Assembly (NCBI GenBank): GCA_023205875.1
Contig: CP060763.1
Coordinates: 1 to 64,000 of the forward strand
From: Chloropicon primus
Taxonomy: Eukaryota
Direction: 5' to 3'
Length of the DNA stretch: 64,000 nt
A program made the translations under genes and the position numbers. Position 1 is the first letter of the stretch. The number at the start of each line of letters is the position of its first letter. The notes below the pieces were generated by a model that worked only from the letters and a program-made list of their open reading frames with translations, was not told the DNA's origin and searched no databases. Shown one piece after another: positions 33,055-43,986 of this stretch.

Positions 33055-36000
33055 TCAATTGATGAACCTGTACATGTCCATGGGACGCAGGGGTCTTGCC
33101 GGGCTGGAGTCGCTGACTGCGGAGATGGGAGAGGAGAGCGCCGCCCTCTCAGGCTCCGAGGACCTGGTGGTGGGTGTCTTCGACTTTGGTGGGGGAGTGC
33201 CAGAAGAAGGCTTTGGCGTCGCTCTCTTCTGAGACTCCTGAGGCGGTGGTTTGACTGCCTCGGGGGCATTGTCACGCTTCTTTGGTGGGACTGGGGTGCC
33301 ACTCTGCTCATCCAAACCTTCCGGCCCCCTTACCCTCTCCCTCTCCACCAGCCTTGCCTTCCTGCCGATCGCGATGTTGTTCCTCGCGAGATTCTTGTTG
33401 ATGAGCTTCTCAAGGTTCTTGATGGAAGCCTGGGGCAAGTTGTGGACCTTCACGAAGTCCTTGGCGATCTCCTCGGCACTGTCCTCGCGGTGAATGTGAA
33501 TCTTTTCGGTGTGCCCCTTGTACATGTTCACCGCGATGATCAGGACGAGGGGGTTTTCCTCCTCCTTCTCATCCATCAAATCCTCGAGCTTGAACTTCTT
33601 GTTGAAGCTGCTGTGCCTCCTTCTCTTCTCGACAACTCCTTCCGCATCGAGCTCCTTTGGATTCTGCTTCTTTGGCAATTCCTTGAGGGAGTGGGTGGAC
33701 TCCACCTCGTCGTCCTTGAAGTCGGACGCCTTCGTCATCGCCTCCTCCCTCGACATGATTTCCGTGTCTGTGCTCTTCGGCTCGGACTTCTTCCTCTGAA
33801 CGAGGGTGGGGGTGCTTGGCTCGGACTGACCTTGCGGGAAGATGTTGGAATTCGGCGTCTCGACCTCCTCCTCCTCGCTGCTGAAATCTTCGTCCTCCCC
33901 CCTCTGCGGAAGGATTCGCCTCCGAGGCGATCCGACGACATCGCCTATCGTGGCCTCGGAGCTCTCCTTAGCGAGCTCACCGACATCTTCTTCCCTCTCC
34001 GCTCCACCGGCGGAGTCTCCCTCCTCCCCCTCCTCCACCACCACCGCTTTCCCTTCCTGCTCCTCTTCTGGAACTTCAATGTCCGGGACCACGGCATTGG
34101 TGCTCGCCGCGGCATCTTTGCTGGCGCTGCCTGGGAGGGCGCACTGAATTCTGACGTTTCTCGACTTCTTCTCCCTGGCTTGAGCAGGAGAATCCTCGAG
34201 CTTCTTCGCCAGCTCCTTGTTTTTCTCCGTCAGCAGGGCGCACTCGTCATCGAGGGAAGCCACCGCGGCCTCCGCCTCCCTCCTGAGGGTCTGCTCGTCC
34301 ATCACCTGGTCCTTGAGCCTTCGAAGCTCCACCTCCATGGACTTGATCCTTTCGCCCTCCCCCTTGCTTGGCGCGGCCCTCGATCCGCCCAGGGCCTTCT
34401 GGTTCTCGATCTCATTGCGCAAGGACGCGATAATTTTCCTCATCTCGGTTGCCCTTGCCCCAGCCCTCCTCGTGGCCGCCTCGGCTTCCTGGAGCTCCAC
34501 CTCAGCGGTGGCAAGGGCATCCTCATGGTAACGCTCCGCCTCCCGCATAACGCTCCAGATGGATTCCAGCTCGTCCCGAATGTGGGCAAAATCGGACAAG
34601 CCCGCATCAAAGGTGGCGGGAGATGCGCTGGGCCAAACCAGCTTGCTCACGGCGCGCACCGAGGGCGGGGTGGCAAGGGGGACGATAGCTTTGCGATTCT
34701 TGTTTCCCTCGGCACTCGAGTCCATTGCGCTGGCTTTGGCGAGCTGATTTGCCAGAGGACTCCCGCTCGTGCTAGGAGGGGGTGTCTTGGCCCCCGGCGG
34801 TGGAGTTGGAGCTGGGGCTGGAGTCACGGCGGTGGTCTCCGCCGTCATTGCCCCCCCGCCGACACTGCATTTCGAGCTTGACGACGCCACGGACAGAAGC
34901 CCGTTGGCCGACAATGCAGGTGTTTTGAACGAAGGCGTGGTCTCTTCCGCTGCTCCGGTTTCGATCGCGTTCCGAGATGTCACAGCGCTCAAGGGAGTGT
35001 CCTCGAACTTCAATGGGGGCGCTTGCGGCGCCCTCGGAGTCTTCTCCTCGGTCGTGACGTGAAGCAGCTTTGCCGATTCCGCCCTTTCCGCAAAGCTGAG
35101 AAAGCCGGCGACTTGATTCACTTGGCTTCTCGATGGTGACACGCACCCGATGAGACAGACGAACGGGGTCTTGCCCGTGGAGTGCGAGCAGGTGGTCAAC
35201 GCTCTTGAGCCCCCCTTGGCATCCTCGCTGCTCACGTACATCCGAGAGGACCCCAGGGGCGCGGCCAGCATCGTTGCCAGGGACGCGTTTGCCCGCAGCA
35301 AGGAGTGGCTCTTGCCACCGATTCCCGTCAGGGAGTCGAGGACAGCTCTGAGGCGCAGCATTGGAGCCGAGAGGTGGGTCCCTGTCAGGACTGGCCCCTC
35401 CATGGACATCGTCTCGCTGGGGAGAACCAGCACGAACGCGATTTTCGAGGTGTAGGGTGCACCGGCGCTCCTGTGACCGTCTCTGGCCGCCGTCCTCTGC
35501 AGCCCTCCCTGGTTGACCTTGACCAGCCTGACCTGCGTCACGATGAATTGCACTCTCTCGTTCTTCCTCCTGATCCACTCTTTCGAGGAGGAGATGAAGT
35601 CCTTGACCTTGCCTTCTCCCCCATTCGCTGGCGATGACCTCTGATGATGGCCCTCCTCCTTGTGCTTGCGACACAGGGCTATGGCGGGCTTCAACATCGC
35701 TTCGAAGTCAACCGTGTTCGTGCACGTCGCCCACCTGACGTGGTCGACCTGCTTCCTCTTCTCACGCTCCTCGGCCACCGCCTTGGTCCTCCTCAAGTTT
35801 GGCGTTCTGAGGGAATCCGGCACAGGGCTTTCCTCCTCGGCCTCCGCCAGGAGGGAAGAGTCGTCCAAGAGGTCCGTCACGAGGCCTGTCTGCGTCACGG
35901 CGAACGACGAGCACTGCAAGTCCAGGTCGGACACGTCGCTGAGCATCGGATGACTCGCTTGCGGGCTGTCCGAGACTTGAGAGAATCCCGATGCAGACAT

Positions 36001-36654
36001 AGGAGTCCTGCTCAAGGATTCCCTGCCGGTGCTTTGTGGGGTGAACCATCCCCCGTCCCTGTCCTTCTCTCTCCTGAATTTCATCCAAGCTTTCCTTCGA
36101 AAGACTTCGTGGACAACTCTCACCAGCAAGCCCGTCTCGTCCTTGCCCCGGCCCCGGCCTCTCATAGCGTTGGCGTAAGACCACTCCCACTCCTCCTCCT
36201 CAAAGTCCTTCAGCCTGGAGCTCGTGGACGTCTCGTAAAGAGTGTGCCGCTTTCCCATGCCGTCCCCGCCGTAGCACAGGACAACGCCGTCGCAGCCATC
36301 CTCGCCGGGGCTCCCGCTGGGACTGGCGCTCAGGAGGCAGTCCACGATACCCCTCCCGCACCTGTTGAACACGTCCTGCTGCGTGGCCTTCTCGCTTAGA
36401 GCAATGCTTGGCTTGAAAATTCTGTCCTTGCCCCTCCCATCCCGCAGCAGTATGGTCTCCCTCTCCCTCTCCCTCCCTCCCTCCTTCCCTCCCTCCTCTG
36501 ACGACACAACAGACAGAGCTCTTGGGTCCTTCAACTCCTCGAGGTTCGACCTCGGAAGCGGCCGGACCCTCACCAAGCTCGTCACATTGTTCAGAAATCC
36601 CGGGCATTGCGTTGCACAAGCCTCCCCCTCACTCTCTGCTGCTCCACCCTTCAT
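33055..36654 (-). CDS. Kinesin-like protein with degenerate motor domain
   Basis: VRVRPL, ATQQDVF, LCYGGDGMGKRHTL, LIGCVSPS...FLSFAERA follow kinesin motif order; then a coiled coil and a small C-terminal domain. Confidence 0.75.
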   Translation of the reverse strand: MKGGAAESEGEACATQCPGFLNNVTSLVRVRPLPRSNLEELKDPRALSVVSSEEGGKEGGRERERETILLRDGRGKDRIFKPSIALSEKATQQDVFNRCGRGIVDCLLSASPSGSPGEDGCDGVVLCYGGDGMGKRHTLYETSTSSRLKDFEEEEWEWSYANAMRGRGRGKDETGLLVRVVHEVFRRKAWMKFRREKDRDGGWFTPQSTGRESLSRTPMSASGFSQVSDSPQASHPMLSDVSDLDLQCSSFAVTQTGLVTDLLDDSSLLAEAEEESPVPDSLRTPNLRRTKAVAEEREKRKQVDHVRWATCTNTVDFEAMLKPAIALCRKHKEEGHHQRSSPANGGEGKVKDFISSSKEWIRRKNERVQFIVTQVRLVKVNQGGLQRTAARDGHRSAGAPYTSKIAFVLVLPSETMSMEGPVLTGTHLSAPMLRLRAVLDSLTGIGGKSHSLLRANASLATMLAAPLGSSRMYVSSEDAKGGSRALTTCSHSTGKTPFVCLIGCVSPSRSQVNQVAGFLSFAERAESAKLLHVTTEEKTPRAPQAPPLKFEDTPLSAVTSRNAIETGAAEETTPSFKTPALSANGLLSVASSSSKCSVGGGAMTAETTAVTPAPAPTPPPGAKTPPPSTSGSPLANQLAKASAMDSSAEGNKNRKAIVPLATPPSVRAVSKLVWPSASPATFDAGLSDFAHIRDELESIWSVMREAERYHEDALATAEVELQEAEAATRRAGARATEMRKIIASLRNEIENQKALGGSRAAPSKGEGERIKSMEVELRRLKDQVMDEQTLRREAEAAVASLDDECALLTEKNKELAKKLEDSPAQAREKKSRNVRIQCALPGSASKDAAASTNAVVPDIEVPEEEQEGKAVVVEEGEEGDSAGGAEREEDVGELAKESSEATIGDVVGSPRRRILPQRGEDEDFSSEEEEVETPNSNIFPQGQSEPSTPTLVQRKKSEPKSTDTEIMSREEAMTKASDFKDDEVESTHSLKELPKKQNPKELDAEGVVEKRRRHSSFNKKFKLEDLMDEKEEENPLVLIIAVNMYKGHTEKIHIHREDSAEEIAKDFVKVHNLPQASIKNLEKLINKNLARNNIAIGRKARLVERERVRGPEGLDEQSGTPVPPKKRDNAPEAVKPPPQESQKRATPKPSSGTPPPKSKTPTTRSSEPERAALSSPISAVSDSSPARPLRPMDMYRFIN

Positions 36655-37492
36655 GCCTCTCTCCTCACCTCACCTCTCCTGCCTGGATCTCTTCTCTCCA
36701 CTCACTGGCCTTGTGTCTCTTGTTGGCGGCCTCCTCCTCCCTCCTTGGCCTTGACTCCAGACACAGAACCAATCCCCTGAATTGCGAGCAAGGACACTCA
36801 GGCGCTCTCCACTAGCACTGCAAGTCCTCTGGCTTGCCTTGTCCCTTGGACAAGACTTGTGTATGTGTGTGTGTTACCCTCCTGTGCTTCTCCCTGTGCA
36901 GTCCAGTGCCTCTCTCCCCTCAAAGCAACAAAGCAAAACCACCAAGCCGGTGACTTGTCAGCAAGGCGTGTGTTGTGTGTAATCCACTCCACCACGGTTT
37001 TTCCCCTTCTTCCAAGCTCACCACCACCCTTGGTCTTGGCCTTGGCAAAGAATGATGGATGAGACCTATAACCCTCTCACTTCCCCCTCGGGCTGCCCTA
37101 ATTGCCCAAGGAGAAAAAAATTAACGAGCGAGTTTGACAGATGATGAGGTGACAAGAGAGGGGGACACAGTTCACAAACAAGGCTGAACCATCACACCAC
37201 ACCACACCACAACATTACGAGTGAGGTACAACATGAAGTCTTAGCTTTACTACCACGCTACACGTTTGCCTTGACCAAACACTCACTCCCTTGCCTCTGA
37301 AACTGTCCTCTGGCTCTGTGTTCAGTGAGGTTGGTGCCAAGGTGCAATCTTTGGTTCAAGCAAGGAGCAAGCGTGCCGAACCCATTAGGAGGAGACAGGG
37401 ACGCCACCATGTTCATGCCATCCTGAAGTCTTGTTCACACATCTCAATCGGTCAGTGAGTCAGTGAGGCTGGGATAGGGCCTGGGTCTCTCC

Positions 37493-37673
37493 ATGGGCAC
37501 GGGCGCTAGTGTGGAAGCTGGAGGAGCAGAAAGGGGTGGAGAGAGGAAGCCGGCCAAGAGAGGCCAAGGTGCACCCATCACCCTCAGCCCGGATGCCTCT
37601 GGAACCAAGGATGCAAGTGCTAGGACTCGGGCCCTGGATCGGGTCTCGTCGAAAATTCTCTTCGGGTTCAACA

Positions 37674-37711
<38 letters not shown>

Positions 37712-40700
37712 CAGAGTCGTGAGAAGGAGGTGGGGAAGGAGGAGGCCAGCAGCAGAGGGCCTGTGAAGCTGGACAGGGGGTTATCTTTGGATCGAAAATT
37801 GATGCTGGATATGCGCACGGCACCCGCAAACTCGTTTGTCTCCGCAAGAGGCAGCTCTAAACCAGTATCGCACGAGGACAAGGGGAAGCGTCTCAAGGAC
37901 ATCGGCATGACAGGGCGTGATCACGGTCAGACCGGTCCAACCCTTCGGGCAAACCGTGGATCCGGAGCCCCTTCATCGTCCTTCTCAGCAAGCACGAGTG
38001 CGAGACCTTGTCCCATCGACAAGAGGAGTGGAAGTGAGGATGCAAACGCTGGAGTCCTGCATGCTTTGGAGACTTGCGTCAGGCAATCTCGCTTGCTTCT
38101 GTTCTCCACGCACAAGAGCAAGGACAAGGACCACTGCAAGGGTGTTGTGCAATGCATCCAAGACACGGAGCGGGCGCTCGAGGACTACGAACTCGGCGGC
38201 ACGACGGGTCGGCGGCGCAGGGAGAGGTGGAGGGAGCGAGAAGTCCACGCACTCTGCGATGCCATCAAGTTGCACGTTTTGGCAAGATTGTGGGAAAAGG
38301 TTTACAGCGGCCTCAAGAGGAGCGACGAGGACTCGATCAAGGGTTCCCTCGCGAGTGGGATCTTGGACCTCCTCGAATCCAACTTGTCCGTGGCGACTGG
38401 GAAGGCGTTCACCCAGTGGAGCGTCGTCCCGGTGCAGAAGTACATCAGGCAGCTGAGGGATGCGATGAGGCTGGAGGACGCGTGCGGCGCCGGGGGGAGG
38501 ACTGGCGGCAGAGGGGGCCAAGGCCACGGCCGGCATGGCCACGCCAGCTTCCTCGAAGAAGAAACGGAGATCCAGAGAGCCCTGGAACTTTTCAATTTCA
38601 ACATCGAGAACGATCTTGAGCAGCACCGAAAGGCGGAAGCTTCCTCGTCTTCCTGGGAGGAGTCAGCGAAGCATTCTGTGCTTTGGTCCTCGGTGGTGGA
38701 ACGGCGACTGAATGCGTTGGCAAAAGCTGCAGAGAAAGAAGTCGTGTCCCTGAGGCTGGAGGACGGCCTCAAGAAGCTGTTGGCAAGGGGAGACCGCAGC
38801 AAGAGCGACCTGGTCATGGAGATGGGGGGCGGCGAGGATGGTAACGGCCAGGATCAAAGGTCCCGCAAGCAGGAGCAGGGCCTCTCGTTGAAGGAGCTTC
38901 AAGTCTTGCTGAGGAGGGGAGAGGAGCTTCTGTCGTCCTTCGCCATCGAGAACCAATCGAGCAGGAGATCCTCCCGCTTGAGATCCCTCCTCGCTGTCGG
39001 GGAGGCGCTCCTCAAGTGCAGGTGCGCCCTGGAGCGCCGCGGTCTTCGATCCAAGTTCGAGTGGCCTGGGTACTGGCTTGGTGACGATGTGGACCACTTC
39101 CGCGCCCTCCGTAAAGCGGAGGACGTGATGAGAGACGCCATGTGGTCGCTGTTGGGATTGCCGGACGCCAGCAAGCGGGCCTTGCTGGAGTGCGGTAGGC
39201 AGGTATACCAGACTGTGCACGAGAAGTACGAGGTTCACCTCCGTTGGGATCTCGAAAAGCTGGAGCAGGACCTGGGGGAGTTGAGGGAGGACGGTGTGTT
39301 CGGGTTTGACGAGTACAGGAGCAAGAACTTGCGCTTGAAGTTTGTGGACTCGAGCGCGATTGTGATTCAGACGGCCTTCAGGGCCTACCGGGCTCGGAGA
39401 GATGTCACCCAAGCGTTGGAGGTGCAAAGGGAGAGGTTGAGAAAGATTAAGGACGACGAGGGGGCCGCCATCGTGATCCAGAGGCACGCCAGGCAGATGC
39501 TCTCCAAGAAGAGGGCCGAAGCGATGCGGCTCAGCGCTGAGGAGGAGGACAGGGCTTCGATCAAAAGGTTCACGACCATGTCGCCCTCCAGGCTGCTGAA
39601 AGCTCTTCTGGAAGAGATGGGCCAGAAGGACCCAGAAGAATCCGGGGTTGGGGAGAAGGGGAAGGGCAAGGAGTGGAGGACGAGGAACACGCCCTTCGAG
39701 CTCGCCAGATTGGTCATAAAGTCTTCCCCCACGTCTGAAATCTGCAGAGCGTTCGAGCAGGTGCCTCGGCGGTGCTGGGATCACTGTGCGCTCCTTCTGG
39801 ACGGAGCCCCAGCTTCCCTGTCGGTGGCTGTGCTGAACGGGATCACCAAGAAGACCTTTGCGGTGGAGGTCCTGATGACCTTGCCGGTGCAGACCCAAGC
39901 CAACGTCCTGGCAGAAATGAGAATCGGTTGGAGGGAGGAGATCTACACCGCGCTGGAGGACACGGATGTGGTGGACCTCGCCTCAGCCTTCACCCATATC
40001 GAAGAGAACCACAACTTGAGCATACACATGCTGGAGCGGTGCCACGTCCTGGGACGGCTGGAAGACGTGGGGGAGTGCTTTGCCAAGAGGGGAACCGGAC
40101 CGGCCACCATCGCGAAGCTCGTCGAGTACCTCAAGCCGTTTTCCATCCTGCAATTCACCTTGGGGATCAAAAGAGGGATCAGCGAGGCCTTGGAAGGCGA
40201 GGACGGGGACAAGGAAAATGAGATCCTTGAGGAGATGTTCTCGAGGTGCTCGAAATCTTGCCTGATGCTGGTGAACACGCTGGTGGCTTTCCATGTGAAG
40301 CACGGCCCGAAGATATTCACGGTCGAGCACAACCCGGACGTCGAAGCGTTTGACTACACGAGGGGGCTGAACATCCTCCTGCACGGACTCAGGTGCAACG
40401 GGCACATTGAGCACGCGCTTGCGGGATTGAACCAGCTCCTCGAGTCGGGCGAGGAGATCAGAATGGATGCCAGCTTTCATCGCCAGGCGATCTCTTTCTT
40501 GGTGAAGCAGATGGTGTACACCGTGCCCCTCGACAGCGTGGGACTCTTGATCAACTGGATCTCGAAACACCACACCGTGGATGTCTCGACGATCCTGCAC
40601 GCGATCTCCTCGGACTATCCTGACTTCTGCTCCTCGGTCTTGCAGCATTCTGACCTCGTTGTGGTCTCCAAAGGCCTCGTCAGCGCAATGAAGCCCTCGT

Positions 40701-40831
40701 TCGCGTGCCTCCTCCTGTTGCAGTTGAGCTCCAAGGACAGGGCGACCTCGGAGCAATTCCTTGAGTCCTTGGTCGAGGTCTCCCCCGAGTTTGCAAAGCA
40801 AGTCAGCGAGAACATCGCGAGTGCGAGGTGA
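37493..40831 (+). CDS. IQ-motif (calmodulin-binding) protein, otherwise unknown
   Basis: AIVIQTAFRAYRAR and AIVIQRHARQMLSK; helical C-terminus. Confidence 0.75.
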
Positions 40832-40850
40832 GCCTCCCGAGGCCCTCAAA
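40624..40850 (+). repeat. 227-bp direct repeat, copy 1 (3' end of the IQ gene)
   Basis: Near-identical to 43727-43953 (offset 3103). Confidence 0.95.
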
Positions 40851-41258
40851 AGATGTCCTGAAATCGAAACCAAAGGCACGGGGCCTTCATGGGTTGTATA
40901 ATAAAAGTAATTCAGGGAGATATCCACCAAAAAGGCCAAAAGACACGAACCTTCCCTTGTCCTTGTTCTTGTCCTTGTCCTCCTCCTCGTCACCACCGGT
41001 GGCATCCCATCACCCCTCCTCCATCATCCCTGCCATGGATTGCGGATAAATTCTGTGCTGTGGTTCCGTGGCTAACGGATGAGGCCCGAGAAAAATTAAC
41101 AGTCCTTGAAGGTCCTCCACTCCCAACGTCGATCGTCGTTTCCATTGACCAAAGCACTCATCTTTTTCGAACCCAGGACAGGAGGAGGTCCCCTCCCTAT
41201 CCTCGTCTCTCTCCTTGCCCAACTCCCGTCCCTGTCTCTCCTCCCGAGGCCTCTCCTC

Positions 41259-41400
41259 TCCTCTCCTCTCCTCTGCCCGGGCGTTAACTCTCGGATTGCC
41301 AAGATTTTTCGAGGAGAATTCCCGAGTGCTGTGGTTAATTCCGTGGCTAACGGATGAGGCCCGAGAGAATTAACGCCCGGGCAGAGGAGAGGGGAGGAGG
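41259..41400. repeat. Inverted repeat with arms of about 35 bp
   Basis: TCCTCTCCTCTGCCCGGGCGTTAACTCTCGG pairs with CCGAGAGAATTAACGCCCGGGCAGAGGAGAGG. Confidence 0.8.
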
Positions 41401-41666
41401 GGAGGAGGGCGACCACCAGAGGGAGAGGGAGGGGACGAGGGGACGAGAACGCGTCCACGACAACGCAACGAAACGACACGACGCGCAGGAAGGGAACCCC
41501 TCCGTCGAAAGCGCTTTTTCTCTTCGTGAAGGGAAACGGAACGGAACGGAGAGGAGGGAGCGAGGGAAGGGCGGCGAGGACGAAGAGAAGAAGCGACGCG
41601 AGCAGAAGGCGCTCGGTGGTTGACCGCTGCGGAGCCGAACAACAACAACAACTGAAAAAATAAAAA

Positions 41667-43409
41667 ATGAAAAAGAACGTCGAGTGGTTGTGCGTTTGGC
41701 TGGCCGTAGTGGTGGTGGTGGTGGCCGCCACGCCTGTGTACGGCCAGAGGTGGGGGAGGCCCCACAGCTACGGAAGGTCCAAGGCGAGCACCGTTGGGAG
41801 CAGCGGTATTGGCATCGTGAGCGAAACAAGCAAGGCGGAAGTCGACGGCAGCGGCACCTTCATGGCCTCCGCTGAGGCCGACGCCGGAGACACCAAAGCA
41901 AAGGTCATGGCGATGACCACCGATGGCGCTGCTCAAGGCAGCAGCACCGCCTCCATGAGTGGTGCGGGTGAGATGGTCATGACCGAGGTTTCTGGTGACG
42001 GAATGTTGACGGGCGAAGCAAAAGGTTCGTCGTCCACCGCAAGTGCTACGGCTGACGGCGGGGACGACAATGACCTCCGCGCTTCGGCTGTCGGCTCGGG
42101 GAACACCGTTTCTGCTTTTTCTGATGGTGCTGACATGAATCGTGTTGAAGCCGTGGCTCATGGTGATGACAATAAAGTGGAGGCTAGTGCTTCCCTTGGT
42201 GCTACCATGAATCGTGTTTACGCAGTGGCTCGTGGCGAGGGCAACACAGTGTTTGCCCAAGCTTCTAAGACTGCTACCATGAATGATGTTGATGCCGTGG
42301 CTCGTGGTGATGGCAATACAGTGATTGCACTTGCTTTCTTTGGTGTTGACATGAATGACGTTGATGCTGTGGCTCGTGGTGAGGGCAACAGCGTGAGGGT
42401 TACTGCTGAGTTTGAAGCTAACATGAATCACATTGATGCCGCGGCTCGTGGTGACGGCAATACAGTGACTGCTACTGCTGCTGGCGAAGCTGACATGAAT
42501 CACATTGATGCCGTGGCTCGTGGTGATGGCAATACAGTGACTGCTACTGCTGCTGGCGAAGCTAACATGAATCACATTGATGCCGTGGCTCGCGGTGATG
42601 GCAATACAGTGACTGCTACTGCTGAAGCTGTAGCTGACATGAATCACATTGGTGCCGTGGCTCGTGGTGATGAAAACACAGTGGCGGCTGAAGCTTATTT
42701 GAATGCTAACATGAATGATGTTGGTGCCGTGGCTCGCGGTGATGACAACAACCTAGTAAGGGCTGACGCTTCTCAGAATGCTACCATGAATGATGTTGAT
42801 GCCGTGGCTGACGGTAATGGCAACACAGTGACTGCTGCAGCTTTTTTGGATGCTACCATGAATGATGTTGATGCCGTGGCTCGCGGTGATAACAACAAAG
42901 TGAGGGCTTCAGCTTATTCTAATGCTGACATGAATGAATTTGGTGCCGTGGCTCGTGGTGAGGGCAACACGGTGAAGGCTTCATCTTATGAGAATGTTGT
43001 CGACAATCGTGTTGAGGCACAGGCCGAGGGAAACCGCAACGACGTGACCGCCGAGACCGAGGAATCTGATCGCAACAGGCTCAGCGCCATGGCACGCGGA
43101 AACCGCAACGACGTGACCGTCAAGGCCAAGAAATCTGATCGCAACAGGCTCCGCGCCATGGCTCGCGGAAACCGCAACAACGCGACCGTCGAGACCGAGG
43201 AATCTGATCGCAACAGGATCAGCGCCATGGCTCGCGGAAACCGCAACGACGTGACCGTCAAGGCCAAGAAATCTGATCGCAACAGGCTCCGCGCCATGGC
43301 TCGCGGAAACCGCAACGTTGTGACCGTCAAGGCCAAGAAAGCGGAAGGCGTGGTCAGGCCGGTCCTTGTTCGTGGTAATGGCAGGTCGAAGACAGTTGAC
43401 GTGCCTTAA
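41667..43409 (+). CDS. Secreted tandem-repeat protein, curlin-like/beta-solenoid
   Basis: Signal peptide (WLAVVVVVVAATPVYG); about 12 units of 24 aa (A.MN.V.AVARG.GNTV.A.A) and about 4-5 units of 23 aa (GNRNDVT.....SDRNRL.AMAR). Confidence 0.85.
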   Translation: MKKNVEWLCVWLAVVVVVVAATPVYGQRWGRPHSYGRSKASTVGSSGIGIVSETSKAEVDGSGTFMASAEADAGDTKAKVMAMTTDGAAQGSSTASMSGAGEMVMTEVSGDGMLTGEAKGSSSTASATADGGDDNDLRASAVGSGNTVSAFSDGADMNRVEAVAHGDDNKVEASASLGATMNRVYAVARGEGNTVFAQASKTATMNDVDAVARGDGNTVIALAFFGVDMNDVDAVARGEGNSVRVTAEFEANMNHIDAAARGDGNTVTATAAGEADMNHIDAVARGDGNTVTATAAGEANMNHIDAVARGDGNTVTATAEAVADMNHIGAVARGDENTVAAEAYLNANMNDVGAVARGDDNNLVRADASQNATMNDVDAVADGNGNTVTAAAFLDATMNDVDAVARGDNNKVRASAYSNADMNEFGAVARGEGNTVKASSYENVVDNRVEAQAEGNRNDVTAETEESDRNRLSAMARGNRNDVTVKAKKSDRNRLRAMARGNRNNATVETEESDRNRISAMARGNRNDVTVKAKKSDRNRLRAMARGNRNVVTVKAKKAEGVVRPVLVRGNGRSKTVDVP

Positions 43410-43726
43410 TTCAAAGAAACCGTGGATCAAGTGTTTGGGGCTTTAGCAACGACCACTGGTCCTGCTTCGAGCCTCCCAAGATTCCTCCTTTGTTCCTTTT
43501 CAAGATCTAAAAGTACACAAAAAACGTTGTCCTTTTTATGCTTTCAGCTCCTGCCGGATCTTTCGAAACCGGGGTAGGAATCTCCTCAACAGGACAGGAC
43601 AGGAGGTTCCCTCCACCTCCTTGTCCCTCGTCTTGGCCAACCCCCGTCCCCGTCTCTCCCGAGGCCTTCTTCAAGCCTCTCCTCTCCCCCTCGAGAGACC
43701 GCCCCAAGAGACAACAGGACCTTCAT

Positions 43727-43953
43727 CTTCTGCTCCTCGGTCTTGCAGCATTCTGACCTCGTTGTGGTCTCCAAAGGCCTCGTCAGCGCAATGAAGCCCT
43801 CGTTCGCGTGCCTCCTCCTGTTGCAGTTGAGCTCCAAGGACAGGGCGACCTCGGAGCAATTCCTCGAGTCCTTGGTCGAGGTCGCCCCCGAGTTTGCAAA
43901 ACAAGTCAGCGAGAACATCGCGAGTGCGAGGTGAGCCTCCCGAGGCCCTCAAA
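43727..43953 (+). pseudogene. Duplicated 3' fragment of the IQ-protein gene (direct repeat copy 2)
   Basis: Encodes the same ...QHSDLVVVSKGLVSAMK...ENIASAR* but has no upstream gene body. Confidence 0.9.
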
Positions 43954-43986
43954 GACGTTTTTGTAATAATGGTACAAAGATTTTTC

